The position numbers and the translations under genes were made by a program. The notes beneath the pieces are model-generated. The model was not told the DNA's origin. It searched no databases and was given only the letters and a program-made list of their open reading frames with translations. DNA of 64,000 nucleotides from the NCBI GenBank assembly GCA_030390025.1, contig CM059425.1, positions 163,868,001 through 163,932,000 of the forward strand, written 5' to 3'. Positions 49,812 to 62,298 of this stretch are shown here, one piece after another. This stretch comes from Squalus acanthias (Eukaryota). Each line of letters starts with the position of its first letter. The first letter of the stretch is position 1.

Positions 49812-50492
49812 GAGGGAAAAATTGGGTCGCGCTAACTTCGCCGGGGCACTAAAAGTTAGTGCCCCTGTGCCGGAATTTGAATGGTAGCGCCCCAAGCAGG
49901 AGGTGGGGTGCTACTGGAAGTGCTACCCCTCCCTCTTGGGGCGCTACCATTCAATATCGCGGCGCTACATACAACAGCGCCATGGTATTACAGGCCTCCC
50001 TACCCTGATTAAAGGGGAGGGGCCTAGCACAGTGCGCACCAGGGCCCTGCCGGACCACCGGGGAACGGGGTGCTGGCAAAAGAGCCCGGCACTCGAGAAG
50101 TGCCAGGCTGACTGATCGTGGGCAGCACCCCGCAGGAGGAGGCAAAAGGGGGCAGGTGCTGGCAGGCGGCCCAAAAAAAATGGCCGCCCGGCTCCTGCCC
50201 TTTAATTTGCGCCGCCGTGGCTGCAAGCATGGCACCCTGACCCTGTCGGACATAGCGTCCGGCGGTAGGTCAAGGGGCGTGAGTGAAGTTTGCGGCTGGG
50301 GCGTGAGCGGGGCACTGCGATGACGTCATCGCTGGAGGCGCAGCGCCGCGGGGTGCTACCGCCGCCGCTAACCTCATGCTGAATTTCACGGGAGGCATCA
50401 GTGCACCGTGCCAGGGTGCTAGGTGCTTTGTGCCCCATCAGTGCTCCCTCGAGGCGCTAACGGAAGGCACAAAGCAACCCAATTTTGCCCCC
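49812..50492. mobile_element. GC-rich Harbinger-type MITE (inverted relative to the 6870 copy)
   Basis: Reverse-complement homology to 6870-7622; TIR gagggaaaaatt / aattttgccccc; TSD not conserved. Confidence 0.8.
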
Positions 50493-50749
50493 TTGGGGGT
50501 CCAGGTACATAGATCATTAAAATGTCATGAACAGATACAAAAAATAATCAAAAAGGCTGATGGAATGCTGGCTTTTATATCTAGAGGACTAGAATACAAG
50601 GGGGCAGAAGTTATGCTGCAGCTATACAAAACCCTGGTTAAACCAGACCTGGAGTACTGTGAGCAGTTCTGGGCACCACACCTTAGGAAGGATATATTGG
50701 CTTGGAGGGAGTGCAGCGTAGGTTTACCAGAATGATACCTGGACTCCAA

Positions 50750-51642
50750 GGGGTAAAAATTCAGTTGGTTGCGCCTCCCGTTAGCGCCTTAAGAGGGCGC
50801 TAATGGGGCGCAAAGCCGCTAACGCCCGGGCGCAGCGATGTTTGCGCCGCTCGGGAACTTAACTAGAGATTGTGCGGCGGCGCTAAACTTTACCGCTGCG
50901 ACCATCTGCGCGCGCAGATTGTGACGTCATTCCATGGTGCAACGCCCTTGTGGCGCCCCGGAGCGAAAATTGAGTGGCGCCCCCTGCCTTACCGCCTGGC
51001 GCATCCAACGACCAGAAGACTGGAACGCTATCAATCGCTGTGGGGCTGGGTGGGGCGCTATTTAAAGGGGGCCTCTTCCTGTCTTTTATTGTTGGTGGCA
51101 TTTTTGAACTACGCATTCTGAGAGAGAGAGGGAGAGACTTCTGGAGAGATTCAACGTTGTGTGAAGGAGTTTTGGGTACTGAGCAGCACTTTGCAGGTTC
51201 ATTTTGATTTGCCATTCCTTGTATCGATTTAGCAGAGACTGTGGGAGCTGCACTCTGAGCTCTTTGCCTGGTACTCTCCATTGTTCTTTCCAGCACATTT
51301 GATGTGCAAGTCTCTCCAGGCCGAGATTCAAGGCTGCAATGAACAGGATGTGGATGGAAAGCAAGATTAACCATCCCCTTTAAGAACTGGCCCGTGCCAT
51401 TGTGTGTGTGTTCCATTGCTGACTGACATTACATGAGCTTCGCCAGCGCTCTGAGTTAGCGCCTCACTCCTTGGCCTTTGCGCCTTAAGACAGGTGTGCA
51501 GCGCCTGATTTAGCGCCCCACTCACCTCCCGGGGCGGTAAAAGTGAAGTTTCCAGTCAGTGCCGATAATTAACGCCAGGCGCTAATATTTGCGTCCAGAC
51601 GATATTTGCGCCCCAAATGGGGCGCGACCTAATTTTTACCCC
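50750..51642. mobile_element. Harbinger-type MITE, related ends but different interior
   Basis: Perfect TIR ggggtaaaaatt / aatttttacccc; TSD CAA. Confidence 0.88.
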
Positions 51643-51775
51643 CAAGGGTTAAGTTATAAGGAGAGATTACGCAAATTAGGGTTGTATTCCCTAGAATTTA
51701 GAAGGTTAAGGGGTCATCTGATCGAAGTTTTCAGGATATTAAGGGGAACAGATAGGGTAGATAGAGAGAAACTAT

Positions 51776-52546
51776 GGGGGAAAAATTCAGCTGCTTGCGC
51801 CTCCCGTTAGCGCCTTAAGAGGCGCTAATGGGGCGCAAAGCAGCTAACACCCGGGCGCAGCACCGCCCACGCCTCCCGCAAAATTCAGCGGGAGGTTAGC
51901 GGCGGCGCCAGCCGATAGCGCCCTGTGGCGCTGCGCCGCCAGCGATGACATCATCGCCGTGCGCAGCACCCCGCTCGCGCTCCAGCCGCGATCTTCGGTC
52001 GCGCCCCCTGACTTACCGCCAGACGCTATGTCCGACGGGTTCAGGGGGGCGTACGTGCGGCCGGGGCGGCGATATTTAAAGGGGAGGTGGCAGGCGGCCA
52101 TTTTTGTTGCTGGCCACCTGCCAGCACCTGCCCCCGTTGCTGTCCCCGGCCCCCGTGAAGCCCCCCCACCGTGAAGTGCCGGCTGCGCTCCAAGAGCCCG
52201 GCACTTCTCTTGAGTGCCGGGCTCTTTTGCCGGCACTCCCGATCCCTGGGGGCCCAGCTGGGCCCCGGTTCGCGCTGCGCAGGGCCCCTCCCCTTTAAGA
52301 AGGGGAGGAAGGCCTGCAGTACCGTGGTGCGACGTGCCGCAGCGCCTGGCGCTGCGGCACGTAGCGCCAGGATATTCCCTCGCAGTGCCCCAAGAGGGAT
52401 GCGGGGAGCTTCCAGTAGCGCCCCGCTTCCCTCTTGGGGCGCAACCACTCAAGTTCCGGCGCGGGGCGCTAATTTTTTCGGGGCGCTAAACGTAGCGCCC
52501 CGGCGAGGTTAGCGCCCCAAATGGGGCGCGACTCCATTTTTAGCCC
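51776..52546. mobile_element. GC-rich Harbinger-type MITE
   Basis: TIR gggggaaaaat / atttttagccc; TSD TAT; close copy of 6870-7622. Confidence 0.88.
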
Positions 52547-52944
52547 TATTTCTGCTGGTTGGGGATTCAAGGACTAGGGAGCATAGTCTAAAAATTAGAG
52601 CCTGACCTTTCAGGAGTGAAATTGGGAAACACTTCTACACGCAAAGGGTGGCAGAAGTTTGGAACTCTTCCACAAACAGCAATTGATGCTAGATCAATTC
52701 ATTTTAAATCTGAGATTGATAGATTTTTGTTAACTAAATCTATTAAGGAATATGGGCCAAGGTGGGTATATAGAGTTAGGTCACAGATCAGCCATGATCT
52801 CATTGAATGGCGGAATAGGCTCGAGAGGCTCAATGGCCTACTCCTGTTCTTATGTATTGTGATTCACAAGGCATCACAACTGTGAGGAACAGGCTGGTTG
52901 GACCAGTAGGTCTTTTCTTTTCCATCATTTTTCATATGTTCGTA

Positions 52945-53150
52945 TGTTCTTCATGTGGATGTCTAGATAGTGTATGTTGGTCAGCTATTTGATAATCGGA
53001 CGGGGGTCAGTGAGAGCTGAGCCCATCGCTGTCCTCATCTGATGTTCACACATGTGCAGTCCAGCATTTCACTATATGACAACCAGGAACAGGAACACTT
53101 GGTTGATTGTCTCCCACTGTAACCAAGGAGCACTGCAGTCAATTGTAACC
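52945..53150 (-). mobile_element. AmnSINE2-like fragment
   Basis: Homologous to 8270-8465. Confidence 0.45.
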
Positions 53151-53188
53151 TGTGTCCCAGGTTGAGAAGACATAAATTTGGCAATATC

Positions 53189-53320
53189 CTCTGATGAAAG
53201 GTCTTCGACCTGAAACGTTAACTCTGTTTCTCTCTCCACGGTTGCTGCCTGGCCTGCTGAGTTTTTCCAGCGTTTTCTGTTGTTATTTCGGATTTCCAGC
53301 ATCCGCAGTATTTTGCTATG
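53189..53320 (+). mobile_element. 132-bp PLE family B insertion starting at a canonical HHR core
   Basis: CTGATGA-a-AGGTC-ttc-GACCT-GAAA-cgtt-aac from 53191; body almost identical to 21830-21934; atatc on both flanks. Confidence 0.88.
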
Positions 53321-53468
53321 ATATCAACACTGATGTCTACAGATATCATCCAGATGGATTGATTTTGTTACAGCATGGCCAACCTCACCATTTAAACACA
53401 AAATAGGTGAAAAGATAACTCCTGAAGAAACACCCAAAACTTCAGAGTTCCTTATTATTTCAAATCAT

Positions 53469-53648
53469 CGGCCCCAAAATTCCATAGGGATTCTACCTGT
53501 TGTCTGCCATAACTCTGGCAGGACATCAGCGGAAACTCAGGGGAAACAGTGTGAATGGCTATTTATGCCATTTTCCTGGGGGTTCTGATAGTCTCCTGCC
53601 ACATTTCTGGCAGCAGATGGTTAGAACCTCCACTGAATTTCAGGGTCA
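53469..53648. mobile_element. Short MITE (related copy at ~59688-59826)
   Basis: ggccccaaaattc / gaatttcagggtc ends with internal inverted symmetry. Confidence 0.45.
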
Positions 53649-54150
53649 TCCACTTTAGAAACCCATAATTGTGATCAGTTTGTTTTACTTAAAGCAGACA
53701 CATGGCTGTAGGCACTGAGGCATGAACCTGACACAACATAATGTGAATAGCACCCATCTGAAAGGGTATGAGCTCTTCTGGTTAAGGCCTGAAGCAACAG
53801 CCACATTATCATGTTGAAATAATGCAAATGCTTAGCTAAAGATAAACGCTGGAAAGCTACAGATTAGATTAACAGAACATAACCTGAATGTTGCTAAACA
53901 ATGATCATGAACAATTACAAGTGAACAACATTGTGAAGGATGCAGAGAAACGAGAAAGACTAGAAAATGGCCAGCAAATGTGTGCCCAATAAAGATGTCC
54001 TCTTCTGTGCTCATTTTTTAATCAAAATATTTATACAAGCCATGAACTCAAAAGTAACATGAAAAGTCAATTAGCTAAAATAAGAGCTCATTTCCATCTG
54101 CCTCCTATATAAGGCAGATTGAGGGCCAAGAATTACGTAGAAAGGATAAA

Positions 54151-56256
54151 GGCCTGGAAATTCAATAAGGCCCTAAAATGGACAGGGGCACCACGGGGCG
54201 AGATTTGATCGCGCCCATTTAGAAAGCGCAGGCAGCACGTTAATTTGGTGCTGCCTGCTAATTTAAATGATTTTAGCGCACAGCCCAGCAACTATCGCAC
54301 TGTTGAAAGGCTGTACTCTCGGCAGGAGGCCCAAGGTCACGTTGCTGTAGCGACGCTGCATTTTCTTAAAGCAAGGCTGTCAGTTTTCAAAGCAGTCTTG
54401 AGCCCTTAAAGGTGAATTACCTTCTGAAAAAATAATAAAAAAGCATTCAAAAATAGGCAGTCTGCAGCTCTTAAAGCTGAACTGCCATCTTCATGTAAAA
54501 AATGGTTAAAGTGCTTCAGCACCAACACAAATGGCTCAACAGGCCAGGGAAAGGGCACCCAGGGTCTCGATAACATCACTCGAGCTTTGTGCAGGCGGTC
54601 AAAACTGAAAGAGAGGTCCTCTACCCACAGGGGGCCAGGAGGCCCTCCAGAAAGAAGGATGTGGGACCAGATCGCCGAGGCCGTCAATGCCAGCAGTGTC
54701 ATCCCCAGGACCTGGCTCCAGTGTCCAAATAAGTTTCATGACCTCAGATGAATGGGCAAGGACAGTGAATGCATCATCAAAAGCTGATTCCTACCAACTG
54801 CACCACTAGCCTCACACACTTCTTAATGCACCACTCCTCCATCACTTACCTACTAACAAACATGAGGCACACCTCACATTCCCAGATTCATTTCACCCGC
54901 TTAGAGGAGACAATGCTGGCCATTCTTGGCAGGGGCATGGCTGAGCACTTTTGCCCAGCAGTGGGGCTGAAAGAATGCAAGATGCCAGTATCCCCATACA
55001 TCATCCTCCTTCTCACATCCCACTTCCCCCGCATCCCACAATCTCTTCTGATGTACAAGCTGCACATGGTGTAAGCATGCACCTCTTGCTTTACCCCCCT
55101 CCCGTCACCACAACCCTACCCTTGTGCCTTCCTCATTTTAGAAACACAAGAAATACAGCCTGCCTAGCCAGTGGTTGACCAAGAAGAGGGAGTGGAGAGT
55201 GAAGAAGAAGAAGAAAAAGAAGAAACACCATCACTTGATTTCACAGTCTCAATCACCAGCTCCTCGAAGTCATCCTGCAGGGCCACCTGCAGTCTCCCTC
55301 ACTGAAAGTCAGCAGCCTTCCACCAGCCTTGCTGCAGCCACTGGAGTAGCACTGCGTAAGAGCACTAGGATAGGCAAAGGCACACGCAAGACACTCTCTG
55401 AGGGAATACACAAGGGTGATTAGTTGATTTTTTGATAGAATATTGGATCCATATATGGATAAAGTTGGATTGGAATGTTTGTTTTGTGGTGGCTTTTACT
55501 TCAGCATTGTCGCCAAGAGGACGCTGTGATGGTAAGATGTAGACAAATGTTGAAAGGGGAATTAGGGTTTTGTTCACTGGTACCGCAGGCGGATGATTCG
55601 ATCCCAGATATCCCGGCCAGAAAAGGGCTGTCTGGGTTGCCTCCTTCCTTCTGCTTCTTTCACTTCTGCTTCCTCCTCTTCCCTCTGCGAGCAGCTTGTC
55701 CCCTTTGCTGCCCTTGCTGCCTCTGCTCCATCTCCATGTGATGTTGCAGCCCAAGGGGGACTGCAATTAGAGCTCCCAGGACTGGGAGCAAGTGGCCTTC
55801 CTTTAACATCCAAAGCCTTGTAAGCATTCAGCAGCACTCCCTGCACAATTTAACAAATATTTAACTGTATTGCACCAAGCCACTACTCCAATAAAATGTA
55901 AAAAAAAATAGTCCAAAAGCTGAAATCGAAACTTATCCTTTTAAGAAGCGCTGACAGCGTCTCTGGAGAACTGCTGCATGCACGTTCTTCCGTGCTTGGT
56001 TAGGAGAGGGTGGCATGGAGAGCGCCGACGTCCAAAATCGCAGTCGTGCATCATTTCAGGTGTTGCATGCCGATTGACATCACGATCTGCATATTTACAT
56101 GTGGGCAACGAGCGCAGGCAACGGCAGCGCTGCCGACCTCTCCCAAATGGCGGTCGTCATGTTCCGTGCTGGAAGCGGGTGGAAGCGATGCGGCCATCAT
56201 TTTCTCAACAAAACTGGCCTTTAACAGCTGGCGCTACACCTCCGAATTTCGCGGCC
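54151..56256. mobile_element. Complete non-autonomous Harbinger derivative (2.1 kb)
   Basis: TIR ggcctggaaattc / gaatttcgcggcc; Myb remnant on +, internally deleted transposase on -. Confidence 0.85.
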
Positions 56257-57124
56257 AGAATGTTATTTATTTATAGATAGTTATTTATTACTGCAATTAT
56301 CAGACAGGTATTTATGAAGAATGTATCTTAATTAATTAATGCTATTATTTAGGTAGAGCTAAATGTTACTATTTTAAATTTTGGTCCTGATAAAGAAAAT
56401 ATGTATTAGCCATAGTTTGTACAGTAATTTGGAAGAATGTGATTTAATCATTTTATTGAGTCTATTATTAGTGTTCTTAATTATTTTATCTGTTACATTT
56501 AATCTCACAGTCATAAGTAGAAACAACAATCTACAGAAATTCTGAGAAGTAACGGTCATTTATTATCCGCCAAGGCTGTGGGTGAACAAGTTGCATAAAG
56601 AGCACAAATGGGTGGGAGTGAAAAAGACAGTGGATTAGTTACTGATTTTCAGTAATCTCTGTCACAGGCCTTTACCTTTGTGACAATGTTGAAGTTGTGT
56701 ACATGTTGAAAGCCATCAGCTGAACTGACAATTCATGATATTTTACATTTGAACCCATTTGTTCCCCTCATTATATCTAAATGTCCAGCCCCACCAAAGC
56801 CCACAGTCAGTTTCAAATGCCCCTCCCAAGTTGATCAGTATCCATGTTAAACACCTTGCCTAGGGTGGCTCTCAATCCCTTTTGCTCCTCCCACCCACTT
56901 TGTGACTGCTCCTATCTTTCTAACCATTGCAACAGTGGTGCCGCTCACTCTTGGCTATATTCTCACAGTGAAGAATTAATTGGTTATGGCTGACTCAACA
57001 TTCTCAGTGCTAGTGAAGAAAGTAGTTTTGTTTTAATGTTCTGAAGATGCTGGGATAGCTCCACAACCACAGCATTCTCACTGCCAGAATGAAACCTAGA
57101 GGGAATGACATCAGCAATGGAAAG

Positions 57125-57580
57125 AACTTGCAGATAAAAGTCATCTTTCACAAACTCAGAACATCCCACAGCGCTTTACAGCTGATCAAATACTTTTGAA
57201 GTGCAGTCACTGTTGTAATGCAGGGAAATGCAATTGACAATTTGCACACAGTAAGATTTCACAAACAGCAATGAGATAAATGACAGATAATCTGTTTTAA
57301 TGATGTTGGTTGAGGGATAAATATTGGCCAGGACATCGGGAGAACACCCCTGCTCTTCATCAAATAGTGTCATGGAATTTTTATGTTCACCAGAGAGAGC
57401 AGACATGGCCTTGGTTTAACATCTCATCTGAAAGATGGCACCTCTGACAGTCCAGCACTTGCTCAGTACTGCACTGAAGAGTCAACCTAGATTATGTGCT
57501 CAAGTCTCTGGAGAGGGACTTGAACCCATGACCTTCTGACTGAAAAGGGAGAGTGCTAGCATTGAGCCAAGGCTGACACC
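57125..57580 (-). mobile_element. Deu-domain SINE, full length
   Basis: Reverse complement of 8716-9155, including the tRNA-like head. Confidence 0.8.
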
Positions 57581-57829
57581 TAATAGAAAGAAAGTCAGGA
57601 ACAACTATGGAGCATGTGGAAAAAGGTAGTTTAAAGCTGGCGTTGGTGGCATGAGGAGACGTAGGATTTGAGCCAGATCAATTGAAATCATCCCTGGATT
57701 TACAACTGTATCTCTACCCAGAGGGAGACTCAGTAATACGTTTAAGTTAGTAACTAATATGCAGCCATTTCCTAGCTATTTTGGAGCGCTTGATATACCA
57801 GACAAGATGGTAGATGTATAGAGGCATCA

Positions 57830-57962
57830 GGGGAAATTTTACCATCAACGCCTCCATACATCTACCATGGTCAAATGAAAGGAAAATCGGGCAGGTGTAT
57901 AATGGGCGGCTGATTCAATATCGCCCATTGTACTTAATTGCCAAAAGGTAAAATTACCCCCA
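57830..57962. mobile_element. Short MITE (~130 bp; family of 2310 and 5070)
   Basis: ggggaaattttacc / ggtaaaattacccc. Confidence 0.55.
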
Positions 57963-59918
57963 TTATCTTTTGCACATAATAAAGGAACTGTCCCAATCAA
58001 AAGAATTTATCAACCATTTTATATTTTGGAGAAGAGCTAAAGGAGTGATGCATCATCAAATATTTTCAGATAACTATCTTGGAGAGAAGCAGCTCTTTAC
58101 CTGCAATTCAGTTAAAAGTTGTATCACTGGGCAAATATAATGCCAAAGAGAGAGTCTGCACACATTTTTTTCCATGGATGCAAGAAAATGGATCCAACCT
58201 TAAAAAACTTGTACTGTTACCTTAACTCTATCCTTGCTCATCAAAGTAAAAGCTGCAATTTGTGCCTGCTTTCAGCCCAATGATAATAAACCAAATAAAC
58301 TGACCCGTGTCCTAGGCTGTACAAACTGAGTTATAACTTCAAGGAGAGCTGTTAAAATAAGCAGACCAGGTACCTCAGTTCATTCAGGGTGGTTATAGAA
58401 AATTTCTGGCATCACTTGCAAGCGACTCAGTAGTGCACCTTGGCACAATTTATGATTTGCGTATTTATAGACAGAGAAAGACAGATTTTCCTAACAAGCT
58501 TTTTCATGAAGACAGTGCCCATTTAACTCAAGGGTGCAAAATTAGAAATGCTGACAGCAATTTTCTAGCTATTATGTAAATTATCACAAAGGAATTATTA
58601 AATAAATTAAGAAATGTTACATGGGCCTTATCTTTCATCAGAATTAATGCCCAAATATCTATAACCACTATTTGCATGCGAGCTGTTGTGATGTGAACAG
58701 TGATTAGACCAGAACAATAAAACAGCTTTTTGTTTCATAGTGTATTGTTGTTCTGCCATCCGATTGTATAAATTGTGATTTATGTTCACTTTTTTTGTGT
58801 TTACTTGGTTCCATATTACTGTCACTGCGTATCAGAGACGGGAAAGGAGAAGAGAGGTGGACAGGAGAGAGGGATTGGCAAGTCTAGGGTCGCTCCCCCT
58901 CTAGTTGTAGGTTTGCAAAATTTGAGTTACAGTTTGGGGGAAGAAAAGCAGCTCAAATGCCATTCTTATCCTTTTGGGATCAGGAGTGTTTTTGTGCTCT
59001 GTGTTAAACAAACTTGAGTTATGGCTATGTTGCAACTTGCCAACAGCAACACCTGAGAATAGGTGGCCTTATCAGATCACTAAACTGCAAATGTTCTTTA
59101 TTAACCCTACCCCCTCCCTCAGTAGCCAAATGCGAAGGCTCCAAACAGCTGCAAAAAAAAGAGTAAACAATCTAGATTCTATCTGGCAGCTGTATTTTTA
59201 AAAAAGTGGCATATGGCTTGCTTCATTTTTTTGGCACGGTAACAATAGAATACTGCCTTATTGGCTCTCCTGGCTTAATTGGCGAAATTGGAGGAGTCAA
59301 GTATTTTGAGATGATCCCTCTAGCTAAAAGTTAAATTGCAAAATCATGTTTCTTTGATTTTGTAAGATTAGAAATGATGGGAATGCTTTACTAAGAGCCT
59401 TTAAACAGCAACATAATACTGCAGGAATACTTTTGTTATAATGTTGATAGTAATAGCTGTGCTTTTACATATGTTTCATCATAATTTTGTAACTATTTGT
59501 GCATTAGTATAAATAAATAACTAATTATGCACTAAAAGAGTTTATTACACACTATTACATTGTAATACTTTTAGTGGAAGTATTATTATACATCACTAAC
59601 TTAGTAATCGCATCAACATTCATGACCTTACAGTCTGATGATACAGTCAAATCTACTCACAGCGATGATGATGTCTGTAAATACTATTGCCCAGACATTT
59701 TGGCGGCAGACTGGCAGAAACCCCATCAAAACAGCGGAAACAGCTGAAAACAGCCATTTCACTGAGGTTTCCGCTGATCTTGCACCTAAGTTATGACGGG
59801 AGAACCGTGGTAGTTCTCTGGTTCAGGGCATATTTCTTTTTAGCAATTTCCTTCTAAGATTGGAGACATTAATCAGTTTTGTTTGCACTAAATCAAAATT
59901 TATGATTCACTTTCATTG

Positions 59919-61187
59919 TGTAAGGGGTTTTTGTCTCGGGCTTATTTGTAGGTCAGCCAGTTATGTTTTCCTGGACTGTCCTGCCCGCTGTGCGGTTGCG
60001 AATCGCTATCCCCTTCCTAGTTCTGAGTCCAGGACTTATCGAGCGGCGATAAGGACAAACGAACAGACCCGTGGATTGGTGCGAGGAAAACCAATGTTTA
60101 TTTAACAGAGATGAAACATAACATGTCAATCTTAACTTCGGTATAAACGAGGGAAATGACAGTAGAACAATACCTCCCCCCTCCCAACCCCACTTTACTA
60201 GCTAAGTTAGACTCTTGAGGACCAGGGATAATGCTCACCAAACGAATCCTTTGACAGTTGAGATATGGTTTAAAGTCCTTTTAAGTAAAAAGTTTCATAA
60301 GGCCCTTGTGCCTCGAGGTGTTTGATGGTCACTGGAACCGTTGCTCTGGTTTCTTGTGTGTCGGTCTGTTTCTGGAGCCGCTGGCCTTCTTCGTTGAACG
60401 GTCTTGTTTTCTGTTGAACTGTGTACTGGAGAACTCCTGTGCTTCAGCTGTCCTGCTTGTGGTCTGTCTGTGTGCCTTGAACAGCTTGTTTTAAACTGCC
60501 AGCCTGCAAAACTGCCCGTCTCGTCTCTGTGGAACTCTCCATAGAACTCCTCTCTGTAGAACTCGTCTCTGTAGAACTCCCGCTTCTTCCAGCACAGGTC
60601 TCAAGTTATACTCTTCGATTGTTCCTTATTTGCCCGCCAAATCTTCCCAGTGCTTTGTTTAATTCTGGTGGGCTCGTTAAGGTCGTTAACTTTAATGGCA
60701 GGAGATGGCCTTTAACGATATTAAATATTTGTTAAGTGGAGGATGATTGCTGGTCTGATGGTTGTTCATTTGTGTTGCCTTTACTTCTTTGTATAAATGC
60801 TAAACAGTTTGATGGGGCTGGAGACAGGTCGATCACCTGTAATATACAACATTGTCTGTAGAGGCCAGCCCCGCCTCCTTTGGCAGCCTGTACTGAGGTC
60901 TGCCCAGGCATGTTTAAAAATGTCCCTGGTCCAATACACTCAATTGGTTTTAAAATGTCCAAAGCCCCTTTTTCTTAGGGTCTCTCTCTTTCCTCTGAGT
61001 CTTTTGGGGGTCTGGGAATTTTGCAACTCTCTTACAGACCCGGGCATGTCACCTGGCCTGCTGTTTTTGCAGGGCCCTGGTTTCTGGTCAATGTCGCAGG
61101 CTTCTGCCACAAGGTCTAGAAGCCACTTTGTCTAGGGTACCCCTTATTAATAACTCTGGGGAATGTGGGAATTTTGAGAACCCTACA
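59919..61187 (-). mobile_element. Solo LTR (1269 bp), probably Gypsy-type
   Basis: TG...CA termini with inverted ends tgtaaggggtt / aaccctaca; 4-bp TSD ATTG (59915-59918, 61188-61191); minus-strand AATAAA near 60100 suggests orientation. Confidence 0.8.
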
Positions 61188-61849
61188 ATTGTTAACAATG
61201 GAGCTGTAACTTTTGTGGAGACTGAAGCAGTTGACTATTGATGGCTAGTATCCCCCATTAAATAACCTCCAAAATATTTTATTGTTCGGCCCATTACTAG
61301 GGTTAATGGGGTATTGTTTCCTTATATTGTTTGCAAATTTCTTTTTGCTATGTAAACATGCATTCTAGAGACTCCCTTCTGAATAAATCTACCATTCTTT
61401 CCTCCTTTGCAGTGTAGTTTCTGATCAGAGAGTCCATCTCCTTTTCCACACTGCCCTGTGGTTATGTGCCAGTTATGCCTTTAAACATAAAAGCAATGTG
61501 GATTGAGATAAAGTGACTTACATGTGCATATTTCATCCTGCAATATATTCTCACTGTTATTGTGGCATACATAACTGTGCTATTTACATTCTACAATTTT
61601 ATTTGCTACATCCATGTTTCTCAGTGTCAGCACAGTAATTTCAACAAGTATGAGTTTCCTTCACGGTCATATATTTTTGAGCTGCTACTGTAGTTATATT
61701 GCTCTCTTCTTTAAGTTAGGCAGTCTCTTCTAGAACTCTGAGTAGTTGGCACAGACTTTATATACATTGTGACACATTGCCATGCTTGTTGCTTCTGTAT
61801 CATATCTGTGGACCATCCGGTCTGTGTCTCATCTCATCAGGCCCTCTTT

Positions 61850-62295
61850 CCTCTGAGTTCACTGCCCTCCTATCCTCCCTTAATCTCTCCCTCTATATAA
61901 ACTCCCTACCCATATTCACGGCCACCCCTCGACCTTGCCATCTCACATAGCCTCTCTACTCCTATCGTCTTACTCACAGATAAGGCCATCTCTGATCCCT
62001 TCCTTGTATCCCTCGCAACTCACATCCCCCTTCCTCCTCCCAAACCCTCTTCCTCCTGTGTCTGCTCCTGATAAGAAACTCTCCCTAAGCCACTTATAAC
62101 AGCATTTTCAAATTCCCAATTGTGCAGCCTTTGGCCCTCCATTCACCATGACATTTCTGCAGCTACCGATCTGCTGAAATGTAACCCTCACCACCACCTT
62201 TGATGCCCTTTTCCACATTAAAACAATTACCCTCTCTCACCCTGGTCATTCGCCCTGGTACGGCCCTCATCGCCGCTCCCTTAAGTCCAAGAGAC
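61850..62295 (+). mobile_element. L2-like LINE fragment (end of APE endonuclease)
   Basis: C-rich; degenerate PTHIHGH-LDLAI...AISD motif at ~61905-62000. Confidence 0.6.
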
Positions 62296-62298
62296 ACA

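Larger units (their letters stand above)
47875..52860 (+). mobile_element. 5'-truncated CR1 hosting one antisense CR1 and three MITEs
   Basis: RT peptides NYRPVSL, YMDFQKVFDK, FADDTK, LEYCEQFWAP and YSLEFRRLRG are collinear once the inserts are removed. Confidence 0.85.
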
